NCBI GenBank assembly: GCA_965218785.1
Contig: OZ244650.1
Coordinates: 32,001-96,000, forward strand
DNA: 64,000 nucleotides
Direction: 5' to 3'
DNA from: Nitrosopumilus sp.
Lineage (GTDB): Archaea; Thermoproteota; Nitrososphaeria; Nitrososphaerales; Nitrosopumilaceae
Below the pieces are notes generated by a model. It did not search any database. It saw nothing but the letters and a program-made list of their open reading frames with translations, and had not been told where the DNA came from. The number at the start of each line of letters is the position of its first letter. Position 1 is the first letter of the stretch. Of the stretch, positions 1 to 10,422 are shown piece after piece. The translations under genes were made by a program, and so were the position numbers.

Positions 1-53
1 TTGCAATTTCCAGCTCTGGCATCTTTCCTGATATCGGTATGTCCTTCAAGATG

Positions 54-260
54 CTACGTAGTAAGTTCCGGCTTTAACGTCCAGACAACTCCCAGAATAA
101 CAAATGGAATTGACATGACACTTATGATGCCAAGTATGGTGTAAAACTGTGACTCTGAGACCAGTGGATTATTTACTATCCACGGTAGTGGCAGCGTGAT
201 AATTACCCAGATAATTCCCAAAAGTATTATCAGTTTTGCCTTTGCCTTTCTGTCCTTCAT
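54..260 (-). CDS. small two-TM membrane protein
   Basis: Likely start ATG 260 (MKDRKAKAKLIILLGIIW...); two hydrophobic helices. Confidence 0.7.
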   Translation of the reverse strand: MKDRKAKAKLIILLGIIWVIITLPLPWIVNNPLVSESQFYTILGIISVMSIPFVILGVVWTLKPELTT

Positions 261-780
261 ATATCCCCCGTTCCCGGCGTTGTATTTAATCCATGCAAAT
301 TCATCTTGTTGATTCTCCCTCGTCTGCTGCAGTATCGCCCTAGTCCATCTCTGTAACTCTGATCTTGAAATACACGGCATTACTTACAAGATATCAGCTG
401 TCAAATCTGGATTTTACTGCTTACGATTGCTGAGATCATCCATTTTTTAATATCAGTTGTAATGCTGACTGTTGGGAATCTTATGCTGATTTCCCGGAGT
501 CTTTTCTGGTCTTTTGCCGTGATGACTAGTTGCCCCGTTTTTTGATAATGTCTTGCAATGGCAACTATCCCACGGCTTCCACTGTTACTAGGCAATCCTC
601 CCAGATAATCCCAATATCTTTTATCTGGAAATTCGTAATTACAACTCAAATATACGGATACAGGCATAAAATATTTCATAAAATTCAATGAAAAATTATA
701 ATTTATGATGTAAAACGTTAAATAGTTAAAGTTCGTATAGTAATTAATGCCGAAGGATATAATTCCTATCGACTGAAACC

Positions 781-876
781 GCGTAACCCCGCAGAACAAA
801 AAAGGTAATCAAGCGCCATGGCGCTCTGACCGCGAGAGGAAATCTCTCAACGTTCTGCAGCGAAAGGGGTTAACGC
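781..876 (-). ncRNA. candidate structured small RNA (three-way junction), family unknown
   Basis: GC-rich intergenic island with nested stems: 781-790/866-876, 791-797/852-858, palindrome 812-825, 834-838/844-848. G-U extensions favour the minus strand. Confidence 0.35.
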
Positions 877-919
877 CATTTAATTTATCAAACTGTTTTG
901 GTTATCATGTCATTGTACA

Positions 920-1324
920 TCAGATATCCTCGGAAGGATATTCACGAACATCAAAATCTACATCTGGGTAGGCTGACTGTATTCTCTCTTGATAAAAAGT
1001 CACTAGGTCCGGCCTGTCAATGGTGATAGTTATTTTATTTGATTTGCTATCAAACCCAACACATACAAAAATATCATCATCATCAAGGTCTTCTAGTATC
1101 GCACCAGGTGATGGAGTTCCACCACCAAACCAATTGTACAGGTCGTAATAGGCCTGTTTTTGTTCGTGCTGTTGATCCGTAAATATTGGTGAACCAAGAG
1201 AACAAGCAAAGATCATATCAGTTTCATCCATCAGGGTAATAGCAATTGAACCAATTACAAGACTACAAAATATGATTAAAAGAACAGTAACTGGATGAGT
1301 CAGGACTGAAAATAATTGCAACAA
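920..1324 (-). CDS. hypothetical membrane-anchored protein
   Basis: 134 aa ORF with N-terminal TM helix and acidic soluble domain. Confidence 0.65.
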   Translation of the reverse strand: MLQLFSVLTHPVTVLLIIFCSLVIGSIAITLMDETDMIFACSLGSPIFTDQQHEQKQAYYDLYNWFGGGTPSPGAILEDLDDDDIFVCVGFDSKSNKITITIDRPDLVTFYQERIQSAYPDVDFDVREYPSEDI

Positions 1325-1470
1325 TCTATTTTTCTAAAACAACTATTAATATCCTGATTCTATTGCAACCGGCAGTTATTCCTAGACCTGCTACAATAAC
1401 TAATCAGTGCCAGAATTAAATCTAAAATTAATTCAAGTAAATAAAAAAAGAATGGGTTTTACTTAGTAAC

Positions 1471-1548
1471 CTAATCGCCCTGATATTCGTCGTTATTGGG
1501 GTTTAATTGGTCGCTGTGATTATCATCGTCTGACTGTTTGTCAACCAT
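1471..1548 (-). CDS. 25-aa acidic microprotein MVDKQSDDDNHSDQLNPNNDEYQGD
   Basis: Hand-translated; TATA-like TTTTATATTA ~25 nt upstream and T-run downstream. Confidence 0.5.
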   Translation of the reverse strand: MVDKQSDDDNHSDQLNPNNDEYQGD

Positions 1549-1794
1549 AATATGCAAGATGTAAATTAATATAAAACAATTACTACTATTTGCTCTGTAA
1601 CATCTTTCTTTTGTTTTCTAACTCATTCTCCCGCACACGCAGTTCTGAAGAAGGATGATTTTTGTCCTGATGGTTTATGCTGTAAATTGAATATGTATGA
1701 TCCCTGTCCATTTTTTATGATAGTAACCCCTGCCTTTAGATCAGTATACAAGTGAATAGTAATTTTATAATAGTATTGGCAATCTAAGAGTATA

Positions 1795-2070
1795 TTGAAA
1801 GCCAGATTTTACTTCCTAGCCCTGTTATCTGGTCTGTTCCTAATTGTTGCCCTCCCCCTTGGCATCGCGTTTCTGTTCTTTGTTGCCCTGTATTATCTGT
1901 CCTCCCACAAGGAAGAAGACATAATTCACTTTGTTGCCTCCAACAAGGAGGAAGAAGATACAGTCCACTTTGTTGTATCCAAAGTCGAAACACCCTCCTC
2001 ATCTGATCCTGATTTTAACGATCTGTTCAATGATGAGGATTTTGTGCGTGAACAAGAAAAATTAAGATGA
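1795..2070 (+). CDS. hypothetical membrane protein with internal duplication
   Basis: N-terminal TM; KEEDIIHFVASN/KEEEDTVHFVVSK imperfect repeat. Confidence 0.6.
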   Translation: MKARFYFLALLSGLFLIVALPLGIAFLFFVALYYLSSHKEEDIIHFVASNKEEEDTVHFVVSKVETPSSSDPDFNDLFNDEDFVREQEKLR

Positions 2071-2229
2071 TTAAAATTAATTTTACTGTATGACTTTATG
2101 AAACGACAATAGACGCTTGTCACTTTGTGCAGCAACAAAAATCGCTAAAAATAGATTAGAAGATATGAATAACATCATTCTGGATTCTGTTTTATGGTCT
2201 CTGATCTATCAGATGATGCCACCAGCAAA

Positions 2230-2673
2230 TCATTTTTTCAAAATATCGACTGATACGGATCCCATCACATTTTCATTCGGATTGATAGTTATTGAGATCT
2301 CCTGCATCTCTGAAATTACAATGGTTTCTTCCCCGTCATACTCCCATGTATAGTACCCGTACCCCCCTGCAGGATGCCATGTACTCTCAAGTTTGAAATC
2401 CTCGTAAAAATCAAATCCGTCTCCGTCTAGTGTTATTGATAGTATCTCCGGGCTGCTGCCGTTTGGAACAAATCTGAAATAATACTCCCCGCTGTCAATT
2501 GTAAACACGTCAGTGTATGCCCCATCAACATACAGTTCTGGTTCTGCAAGAGTTATGTGAAATACCACGTTATCCTCCTTCTCGGGAGAGGCTGCCAAAA
2601 AAGCCATGAAAACTGCAATTATAAGAACCGGTATAACCAGCACAATTTTTTTGTTCATTTTTCTATACCACAT
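2230..2673 (-). CDS. hypothetical membrane-anchored/secreted beta-rich protein
   Basis: Signal/TM at N-terminus; 147 aa ORF. Confidence 0.75.
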   Translation of the reverse strand: MWYRKMNKKIVLVIPVLIIAVFMAFLAASPEKEDNVVFHITLAEPELYVDGAYTDVFTIDSGEYYFRFVPNGSSPEILSITLDGDGFDFYEDFKLESTWHPAGGYGYYTWEYDGEETIVISEMQEISITINPNENVMGSVSVDILKK

Positions 2674-2716
2674 CTCATCATAAAAATAATTTTCTATTTT
2701 TTTGGGGGAACACGAA

Positions 2717-3268
2717 TTACCTCTCCCTGATCTTTCTAGCTAGCACCTGCAATCTTTCAAGATGCTCCAATATCCACGAATCGTTAATCAGACTCATTAT
2801 CTGGCTCATCTCAAACGTCTTGGGGGTGGTAACCCCCTCCTCAAAATCATAAAGTTTTATAATCCTATTTTTGACATTTTCTGATTCGATCTTTTTGTTG
2901 TGTGCAAAGTTATGTGCAAAGTCATTTCTGATCTCCCTGATCTCATTGAGCTTTTGCTGGATTTTTTTCCTTGTACTATTGTCGATCTCGTTTTTAAAAT
3001 CTATGTGATGCCTCATTATCCTCGATAACCAGACAATTTTTGTGCCAAATGATGCGGTCCTATCCTCGTCAAATACGGTCTGTGTCCACAGGGAAAAATC
3101 GGTTTTATCACGTAAAAACAGGTCTGATATTATCACGGTAAGTATGGAATCAAGGACTGCCACATAGCTTAGGAAATTTCCACGGATTCTGTTGACTAGA
3201 TTGACGTACTCTTTGTCGGTAAGTTCCCTGGATTCCTCTGGCAGTTCAAAACCAAACGGCTCGCTCAT
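2717..3268 (-). CDS. HEPN-like (MtlR-like) protein
   Basis: All-helical, with RxxxxH motif (IRNDFAH). Confidence 0.55.
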   Translation of the reverse strand: MSEPFGFELPEESRELTDKEYVNLVNRIRGNFLSYVAVLDSILTVIISDLFLRDKTDFSLWTQTVFDEDRTASFGTKIVWLSRIMRHHIDFKNEIDNSTRKKIQQKLNEIREIRNDFAHNFAHNKKIESENVKNRIIKLYDFEEGVTTPKTFEMSQIMSLINDSWILEHLERLQVLARKIRER

Positions 3269-3418
3269 GAGTTCATGTATAAAAAAAAGGATAAATAGAT
3301 TTTTTAATCGATTTCTGCCGTTTAGGAAGGTGCATTAACTACCCGATGATTGTCATGAGGTCACGCACCGATATCCTGCAGATCTGCGTAAAAACAAGAG
3401 GAGATCAAAAAACCAAAC

Positions 3419-3604
3419 ATGTACACCGACAGTTTTATCATGCATATGGACAACCCCAGATTAATGAAGACGTGCAGCCTCTGCGGAGAATCCTTTGATG
3501 AGACAGACCAGTTATGGTCAATCCGAAAAAAGAGACATGAGCAACACCACCACAGGACCACGCTATCACGCAATCAGATTCTAGGTGATATGACCTGGAA
3601 GTAG
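3419..3604 (+). CDS. small zinc-finger protein
   Basis: CSLC...HEQHH C2H2-like pattern. Confidence 0.6.
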   Translation: MYTDSFIMHMDNPRLMKTCSLCGESFDETDQLWSIRKKRHEQHHHRTTLSRNQILGDMTWK

Positions 3605-3839
3605 ACCAAGTTATGTGAGGAATTTTACTGCATAAATCAGGCATCCATCAAAAATGTCTCATATTCTCAAACCGTCTTTATCATGTCAGGCTGGGCATAA
3701 AGAGGCACTAATCTATGAGATATGCCAAATACGACATACCTCCCCCGGCCCTCTAGGCGAGGTTTAGCTAGCTAAATTTTATGTACTGTGAACCAATCTT
3801 TACACTCGAAATTAAGTATGTATTCTAAAATTAATCTCA

Positions 3840-4496
3840 ATGTCTAATCTGCACAGCAAGTGGTCAAAACAGCCAGAAGCAGGTATTGGTGAAAAAATTA
3901 ACAATACCCTAAAGCCCAAAGGCCCTCTAAAACCAAGGGTGCAGGAGGGAATCAAGAAATTACAATTACAAATTACTAAACTAGACTCTATGTTGACTAA
4001 TCTACAGGAACGTGACGCAAAGCTATTCCAGCGAATCGTGGATGCCACACAAAAACATGACATTCAAACCAGCAAGGTTCTCGGCAATGAACTAGCCGAG
4101 GTAAGAAAGGTAACCAAAATTCTCAGCAGCGCCAGAATAGCATTAGAGCAGATTGAACTACGATTAACCACCTGCAGTGATCTTGGTGATACCGTAGTCG
4201 CAATTATGCCAACCATGGGACTGATGAAGAACCTAAAATCCTCACTTGGAAAAATAATGCCCGGTGCAGAACAGGAGATCGGCCAGATGGCAGAGATGCT
4301 TGGAGGATTTATGACTGAAAGTTTCTCCGGGGATTCCGCATTTGGTGTCGCTGAAAGCACCAATCCTGAATCAGAGGCAATTCTCAAAGAGGCAGCCGCT
4401 GTTGCAGAGACTTCCGCAGGTCAGATGTTTCCCTCTGTTCCAACAGATACGCAGGGAGAATCAACTGGTACCAGCAGCACTGCAAAATTCATGTAA
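3840..4496 (+). CDS. cdvB: ESCRT-III / Snf7-family cell division protein (CdvB paralogue)
   Basis: Snf7 core (ELAEVRKV...ALEQIELRL.T..DLGD) and C-terminal FPSVP motif. Confidence 0.88.
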   Translation: MSNLHSKWSKQPEAGIGEKINNTLKPKGPLKPRVQEGIKKLQLQITKLDSMLTNLQERDAKLFQRIVDATQKHDIQTSKVLGNELAEVRKVTKILSSARIALEQIELRLTTCSDLGDTVVAIMPTMGLMKNLKSSLGKIMPGAEQEIGQMAEMLGGFMTESFSGDSAFGVAESTNPESEAILKEAAAVAETSAGQMFPSVPTDTQGESTGTSSTAKFM

Positions 4497-4500
4497 TTAG

Positions 4501-4971
4501 CTATATAGATTCTCTGGACTCTCTGATTCTCTTTACCCTGTTGCCCTCATCATCAATAATCCTGTCGACTCCGGAGAGTTTTTCTCTCAGGTTGTTGATG
4601 ATCGTCCCCACCTCGTCTGCCTCGGTTTCCACACGCTTTCTCTTTTCTGCAAGCTCTGTTATTCCCCGATTCTCCTCATCTATGTATTCGCCAACCTTTT
4701 GTAATTTTTCCTTGAGATTCTTAATATCTACTGATTCATCTTCAATGTCCTTTTCAAGCATGGTTCTCTTGTCTTTGAGATTTTTAATCATCGCACCGAC
4801 GTAATCAATTGCCTCTTCTAACTTTGCACGTTTTCCCATCAGTTCCCCGATTCCAATCTGGCTTGCCGTTTCAACTGTTGGGGGGTGCTGCTGTTCTGCA
4901 GTCTCTGGTCTGGGTTCCTGCGTCATCGTCTCGCCTCCCTCATCTTCATCATTTTTGAATTTATCAAACAT
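4501..4971 (-). CDS. coiled-coil hypothetical protein
   Basis: 156 aa, heptad-rich. Confidence 0.75.
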   Translation of the reverse strand: MFDKFKNDEDEGGETMTQEPRPETAEQQHPPTVETASQIGIGELMGKRAKLEEAIDYVGAMIKNLKDKRTMLEKDIEDESVDIKNLKEKLQKVGEYIDEENRGITELAEKRKRVETEADEVGTIINNLREKLSGVDRIIDDEGNRVKRIRESRESI

Positions 4972-5463
4972 CTTCTTTTATCTTTCCAAAATGGGAATAA
5001 AAAGTTATTATGAATCTCAAAACTGACCCGTGAATGACTTTTTAGCCAATCAGGTAAGAATATCCGTATTCCATGGATATTTCAGTAGCAGGCATCAAAC
5101 GAATTCCAACATCTGCGCCTGAGATTCTGGTACATTTTGGTGATCAGATCACTAGAATCCATCAGAACCCTTGATTCTGCACATCAAACCTCAAATCTTG
5201 TAAAAATCAGAAAATTTTGTATAAATTTTCATTTTGTATCAGGTGGAAAATCTAGTACACATCAAGTAAAGCATCTGGCAGTGGAGGAGACAATAATTCT
5301 CCAAAAAGGTAATTATCTCTGATGCCAAGAGGTTTAATTTTTTCAATACACCCAAGTTCAAATAATTCCAGATAATCACTAGGGTTATTTAGAAAGAAAA
5401 CTCAAAGAGAAATAGACATGGAGCAACACAACAAAGATATTGAAAAATTTGTAAATCCCGAAC

Positions 5464-6159
5464 ATGGAATTAAACCTCAAAAAATCAAATTTAACAAAAG
5501 TTCTTTTAATCATTATTCCAATTATCGTGATTACATTAATTGGAATCGAACTGTCTCCTCAAGATACCAAAGAATATGAGGGAATTGTTGAGAAGGAACA
5601 AGGTTCTATATCTGAAAAAACTGATTCGAGTGAAATAATACCTTCAAATGTTAATCTAAAATCTGAATTTGATATCAAAAAAGAGAAAATTCTCAGTAAT
5701 CTGACTCGATTAGGTTCCTCTTCGTTTTCTATTTCATTTGATGCAGACAAATCATCAAATGGAAATCAATTCCATGTCTATAAACTCATTCATGACAAAG
5801 ATGGATGGATTGGTGATGTGTCATTTTATTATGGAAAATCTGATTCTTCATGGCATAAATCTAAATTTGATAATATTTTTAAGGTAAAAATATTTCTCTC
5901 TAATGAAAATGGAGTTGCCCCAACTAGTGCATCAAAACCCATCATCAAAGATATTTTAAAAGAATTTGATAAGGAAACGAGATCTTTGGGAATATCTGAG
6001 CCTTCAGAATGGATTGAATCAACTATAATTTCAGGTAAAGATGTTGGAGATGGAGAAAGAAAAGAGACTCTATCTAATGATGATTTAGAAATTAGTTTTG
6101 CTAGTAATAAGATAAATCTTGGATTTTACGAACTGCTTGTTATTGAAAAAATTAATTAG
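5464..6159 (+). CDS. hypothetical membrane-anchored protein
   Basis: 231 aa, N-terminal TM, AT-rich. Confidence 0.7.
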   Translation: MELNLKKSNLTKVLLIIIPIIVITLIGIELSPQDTKEYEGIVEKEQGSISEKTDSSEIIPSNVNLKSEFDIKKEKILSNLTRLGSSSFSISFDADKSSNGNQFHVYKLIHDKDGWIGDVSFYYGKSDSSWHKSKFDNIFKVKIFLSNENGVAPTSASKPIIKDILKEFDKETRSLGISEPSEWIESTIISGKDVGDGERKETLSNDDLEISFASNKINLGFYELLVIEKIN

Positions 6160-6374
6160 ATTCGAAACTATATTCCTAAAAAATTCCTACAACATTATCA
6201 TAACCATCTAATATTTCATCCTGTAAATCACATTAGATTTTCTTTCACTTTTGTAATCGTAATTAGAGTTTGTGTATTTACAGAAGTTCCGATTGTGTGC
6301 CTTGGATCAGGTTCTGGTGGATTCTAGTGATCTGATCACCAAAATGTACTAGAACCGCGCCTGACACCAGACAG

Positions 6375-6400
6375 GGGCAGAACCTCTAACTGTTCTGCCC
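6375..6400. promoter_or_regulatory. perfect inverted repeat GGGCAGAAC-N8-GTTCTGCCC, possible operator
   Basis: 9-bp arms, ~115 bp upstream of the wHTH regulator gene. Confidence 0.4.
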
Positions 6401-6515
6401 GCGCCAGTTTTACCATAATTCGGGTATTTTTTTGCCTGAAACACCCGTTCCGCTTTGTGTTCCGCTGTAAAGTTTCAAAATGTTCCTCATAAACCAACTA
6501 GTTCTATACTAGGGC

Positions 6516-6803
6516 ATGTCAAAACAACAATACAGGTCCGAAATGGGCATAATGGGTGATATCTTGGATGTTACCTCCGATGGTGGTCGTGATGGAATCA
6601 TTGTATCTGCAATATCCCGCAAAGCCAACCTATCTCACTATGCAGTACTAGACAAATGTGAGAAACTGGTGGATGCAGGCTTGGTCGAATCAGTCAGAAA
6701 CGACAGAAACAGGGTCTTTCTCATAACCGAAAAAGGACTCCAGTTTTTTCAGGAATTCAAGAGATTCCAGGGACTGGTGGAGAGCATGAATCTAAGGTAC
6801 TGA
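6516..6803 (+). CDS. winged-helix transcriptional regulator
   Basis: YRS..I..DIL...ISRKANLS...L...GLV...FLITEKG archaeal wHTH pattern. Confidence 0.85.
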   Translation: MSKQQYRSEMGIMGDILDVTSDGGRDGIIVSAISRKANLSHYAVLDKCEKLVDAGLVESVRNDRNRVFLITEKGLQFFQEFKRFQGLVESMNLRY

Positions 6804-6804
6804 T

Positions 6805-7884
6805 ATGAATCTGCCACCCTCCCAAATCGTACCAATCCACAGAAAAGAGTCTCTTCTAGAGAATGGAATGCTTTTTGTAAGGACTGATAGTATCTTCGAA
6901 ACAATGGTTAATGTACCCCTGATAGCCGCTGCCGGTTTGATTGCCATTGTATTGGCGATGCCAGTACAGTCCTCGTTTAGCTCTACTAGAGTCCTTGATC
7001 TGACCCTTTATTCAGACGGGTCAGCGCACATCACCACCCAGCTGGACGTAGATCCGCTGGAGCCTGATTTTCAAGCCAGACTGCTTGGTCCGTCAGTTGA
7101 CAACTTTGTCGCAGTCGGCGAAAACGGCTTTTTGTTATCCAGTGAAATAACCGGTGATGATGTTACCATACACACATTTGGCTCCCCATCTATTACAATT
7201 GATTATGATGTCCATGATTTGATCTCAAAGGAGGGAAGAATCTGGACCTTTTCGCTTGATTCGGAGAATGATTACTCGTTGTTAATGCCGCTAAACTCCA
7301 TCATAGTTGGCATGAGCGCATTCCCATCTAGCATGGAACTAGTCAATGATCAGACTAGACTGGATCTTGGTGCGGGTTTATCTGAGATTAACTACATCTT
7401 TGCCAACACAAATCCTCCAGTTGTCCCTACCCAGCCGGATACGACCATACCTGTTGTAGATCTGGTACAACCACCGTCATTCACTGATGTTTTTATTTCC
7501 AGCCTGGGGGGCATCTTGGTTGTAACAGTGGTTGGTATCGCAGTCTTTGGAGTGATAGTTATAATTAAAAGAAGACAGGCAAGACCACCTGCCATCCCAC
7601 ACACTGAAACCGGCTCCATATCACTTGCCGGCTATCCTGACACCGAAACCATTTTTAATCTAAGACCCCAAATGCGTGAGGATGACAAAGAGATTATCAA
7701 ATTTATTTTTGGAAACGGCGGGAAGGCCTTGGAGAGTGAATTGAGGAAAAAGTTCCTCCAGCCCAGGACCACGATGTGGAGGGCAGTAAAGCGGCTGGAG
7801 AGACAGGGAATAATTGAGATTACAAAAAAAGACCTGCAGAACCTGGTTAAACTGAGAAAAGATTTGGAGGAGGAAGAAGAATAA
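6805..7884 (+). CDS. membrane protein with extracellular domain and C-terminal wHTH
   Basis: Signal peptide, TM helix, then ESELRKKF..PRTTMWRAVKRLERQGII. True start may be downstream. Confidence 0.8.
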   Translation: MNLPPSQIVPIHRKESLLENGMLFVRTDSIFETMVNVPLIAAAGLIAIVLAMPVQSSFSSTRVLDLTLYSDGSAHITTQLDVDPLEPDFQARLLGPSVDNFVAVGENGFLLSSEITGDDVTIHTFGSPSITIDYDVHDLISKEGRIWTFSLDSENDYSLLMPLNSIIVGMSAFPSSMELVNDQTRLDLGAGLSEINYIFANTNPPVVPTQPDTTIPVVDLVQPPSFTDVFISSLGGILVVTVVGIAVFGVIVIIKRRQARPPAIPHTETGSISLAGYPDTETIFNLRPQMREDDKEIIKFIFGNGGKALESELRKKFLQPRTTMWRAVKRLERQGIIEITKKDLQNLVKLRKDLEEEEE

Positions 7885-8933
7885 TGAATGTTATGATTCT
7901 TGGCGTATTGCTGATTCTTGTTGCAAGCATGACAGTTGCAGGTATGACCGGCAGTGTCTCTGCCCAGGATGATCCTGCAGTCCTCCTAAAGATTGCCAAG
8001 CGTGCACAGGAGCAGATTCAGGAGCAGATATCTGATGACTCTACAGACCGGATAAAACAGATGTTTGAGGAGGGAACAAACAGGGTCAATGCCCTGGAGC
8101 AGGCATCACAGGACGGACAAGTCGAGATAGCAAAGGAAAACTTTCTTTCTGCCATGAACATCTTCAAGGAGATCCTAGAGGATCTTGCAACATCTGACGA
8201 GGCTGCCACTGCTTCGGATCGTGCCATGGCTGACTCTGCTGATTCCTCGAAAAGTAGTAGTAGCAACAACAACAACAACGTCCCAGACCCATCAAATGAT
8301 TTTCAAAGACTGGAAGGTTATGTCTACAACCTCAAGACGATTGCCCAAAAACATGATTCCACAATTGACTTTACCGAATTAAACAAGCTGTTTCTCGGAG
8401 CAAGAGTGTCGATACTTGCCGGTAATTTTGCCCTAGCAACTGAGACGTTACATCAGATCAAGGTAATCACAGAAGGGATAAACCAGGATCTTCAAAAAGA
8501 GGCTGCAATACAGGAATCCCAGCGTGCAATACAGTATGCCCAGAAATATCTAGAACAGCTTGATCGATTAATAGAGCACGCCAAAAAACAGGGTGTTGCA
8601 GCTGAGATTATAGATAAATTAGAGACTGCCCAAGAGACACTCTCCTCGACTGACAATCCACGCGAGATTGTAAAGGAGATCAAAAAAATCATGTCACTAA
8701 AGGATCAGTTTGAGTTAACAAGCAACGACATGCTGGAATCCCGTGTTCTGCGGGCCGAGAAGAGCATCTCAAAACTATCTGAGGGTGGGGCAGACTCTGA
8801 TGATGCGCTGGAAGGTGCCAGAGAGGCACTGCAAGATATCAAGGGTTATCTCGCTGATGGTGATCTGGATTCGGCAGGCCATCTTCTAGATGATCTGGAA
8901 GAACACCTGCAAGAGATTAGAGATTCTCTCTGA
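7884..8933 (+). CDS. secreted helical/coiled-coil protein
   Basis: Signal peptide; start overlaps the upstream stop. Confidence 0.8.
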   Translation: MNVMILGVLLILVASMTVAGMTGSVSAQDDPAVLLKIAKRAQEQIQEQISDDSTDRIKQMFEEGTNRVNALEQASQDGQVEIAKENFLSAMNIFKEILEDLATSDEAATASDRAMADSADSSKSSSSNNNNNVPDPSNDFQRLEGYVYNLKTIAQKHDSTIDFTELNKLFLGARVSILAGNFALATETLHQIKVITEGINQDLQKEAAIQESQRAIQYAQKYLEQLDRLIEHAKKQGVAAEIIDKLETAQETLSSTDNPREIVKEIKKIMSLKDQFELTSNDMLESRVLRAEKSISKLSEGGADSDDALEGAREALQDIKGYLADGDLDSAGHLLDDLEEHLQEIRDSL

Positions 8934-8936
8934 GAG

Positions 8937-9167
8937 ATGTTGAGTAGCATGATAACTTCTAAAACCCTTTTTTATTTTTTATTCATACCGATACTGGTAA
9001 TCCTAGTAATTGTTTTTATCGCAAACTTTGAATTATTTTATAATCTAATCGTATATGGTAAAATTGCAGGACCCTGTGTCTGGCCAAGTGATTATGAAAA
9101 TAGGGGGTACGGATCTAGGGAAAATCTGATTTATGATGAAAATTTACAGTGCTACCTTTTGCCTTAA
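8937..9167 (+). CDS. small membrane protein
   Basis: TM helix and two Cys. Confidence 0.5.
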   Translation: MLSSMITSKTLFYFLFIPILVILVIVFIANFELFYNLIVYGKIAGPCVWPSDYENRGYGSRENLIYDENLQCYLLP

Positions 9168-9428
9168 TTTTAAGCCGGCACACCTCACCTAAAATTTCAA
9201 AAGATGGTATGCAATGCTGACTGGATCTGTTTTAGTAGGTATATTGTAATTTTTTCTGGTTTAGTGCCTCCATAACAGGTTTAGGAATTGAGATAAGCTG
9301 ATAACAACTGCTTGCTATCATCAAATGCTCAAAACACACAGTTGAGACGAAGATTCAGACGATCCCGCCAAATTAGCAATCCCCAAGATCATCATAAACT
9401 TCATATACATTTTCCAAACAGACTGGAC

Positions 9429-9623
9429 ATGGCATCAAAAGTAATCGTAGTAGGCGTTGCAATTCCCATGATTATAGTCGGGGGTTTGATGGCATGGCTG
9501 TGGGCACCCGCAGGAGGCGACCTTCAAAACCAGGTGGAGCTAATTGGCAGCGCAATCGGTCTGCTGGGAGTGGTATTCTTTATCACGGGATTATTCTACA
9601 CAAAAGAGCCCGTAATGCACTAG
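9429..9623 (+). CDS. small two-TM membrane protein
   Basis: Likely start MASKVIVVG at 9429. Confidence 0.7.
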   Translation: MASKVIVVGVAIPMIIVGGLMAWLWAPAGGDLQNQVELIGSAIGLLGVVFFITGLFYTKEPVMH

Positions 9624-9664
9624 AAACTCTTCGAATAAATAATCAGAATTATTAACATTATTGC

Positions 9665-10378
9665 TTGAAGGTAAGACTCTATGAGATATTTACGTCAGTC
9701 GAGGGAGAGGGAATCCTATACGGAACAAAGACCCTTTTTGTAAGGTTGGCAGGGTGCCCCTTTACCTGTTTTTACTGTGATACAAAAGAATCACTTCCAC
9801 CAGACTCTGGCACGGAATACTCGATAAGCGAGGCAAACGATCTGATTGACTCTAGTCTCAAAAACCAGACATACAAAGTAAATTTCACCGGCGGTGATCC
9901 GTTAATCCAGCACGAGGCAGTCGCCCTGCTTGCAAAGCACATCCAGGACAAAAACATTCCCACGTATCTGGAATCATCATGTTTTGATGTTGACAGGTTT
10001 AATCACGTCTTGCCGTATATTGATATTGTAAAGATCGAGTTCAAAACAAAGGATTCTGATTTTGTAGACTCGGAACACTATACAAAACTAATTGATCATG
10101 CCATAAAATGTCTTGAATCCTCGGTAAAGACCGGCAAAACAACCTACATCAAGGTTGTCGTCAGCTCAAAGACCAAACCAGCTGAATTTGAAGAACTGAC
10201 AAATCAGATCTTCAATGTCATCTCAAAGGATCACATAGACGGATTTATCATCCAGCCCACATACGGGGTATCTGAGCCATCGCTGGATCTTCTGCTAAGT
10301 CTGTATGACGTGGTCTACCCGCACTATACAGACGTCCGGGTGGTCCCCCAGCTGCACAAGTTCATCGGGGCACCATGA
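9665..10378 (+). CDS. queE: 7-carboxy-7-deazaguanine synthase (radical SAM)
   Basis: EIFTSVEGEG, FVRLAGCPFTCFYCDT, TGGDP, PQLHK. Confidence 0.93.
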   Translation: MKVRLYEIFTSVEGEGILYGTKTLFVRLAGCPFTCFYCDTKESLPPDSGTEYSISEANDLIDSSLKNQTYKVNFTGGDPLIQHEAVALLAKHIQDKNIPTYLESSCFDVDRFNHVLPYIDIVKIEFKTKDSDFVDSEHYTKLIDHAIKCLESSVKTGKTTYIKVVVSSKTKPAEFEELTNQIFNVISKDHIDGFIIQPTYGVSEPSLDLLLSLYDVVYPHYTDVRVVPQLHKFIGAP

Positions 10379-10422
10379 TATTACCGATTAAGTTCAAATA
10401 CTAGCAGAGCTATCTCAAAAAG

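Noticed and set aside
401-799. 132-aa minus-strand ORF
   Set aside because: The 5' half runs through very AT-rich non-coding-like DNA and the structured element. A shorter 3' gene is possible but unsupported.
789-861. tRNA, hammerhead or HDV-like ribozyme
   Set aside because: No T-arm (TTCRA), no CUGANGA/GAAA core, and no P3/P1.1 pseudoknot arrangement.
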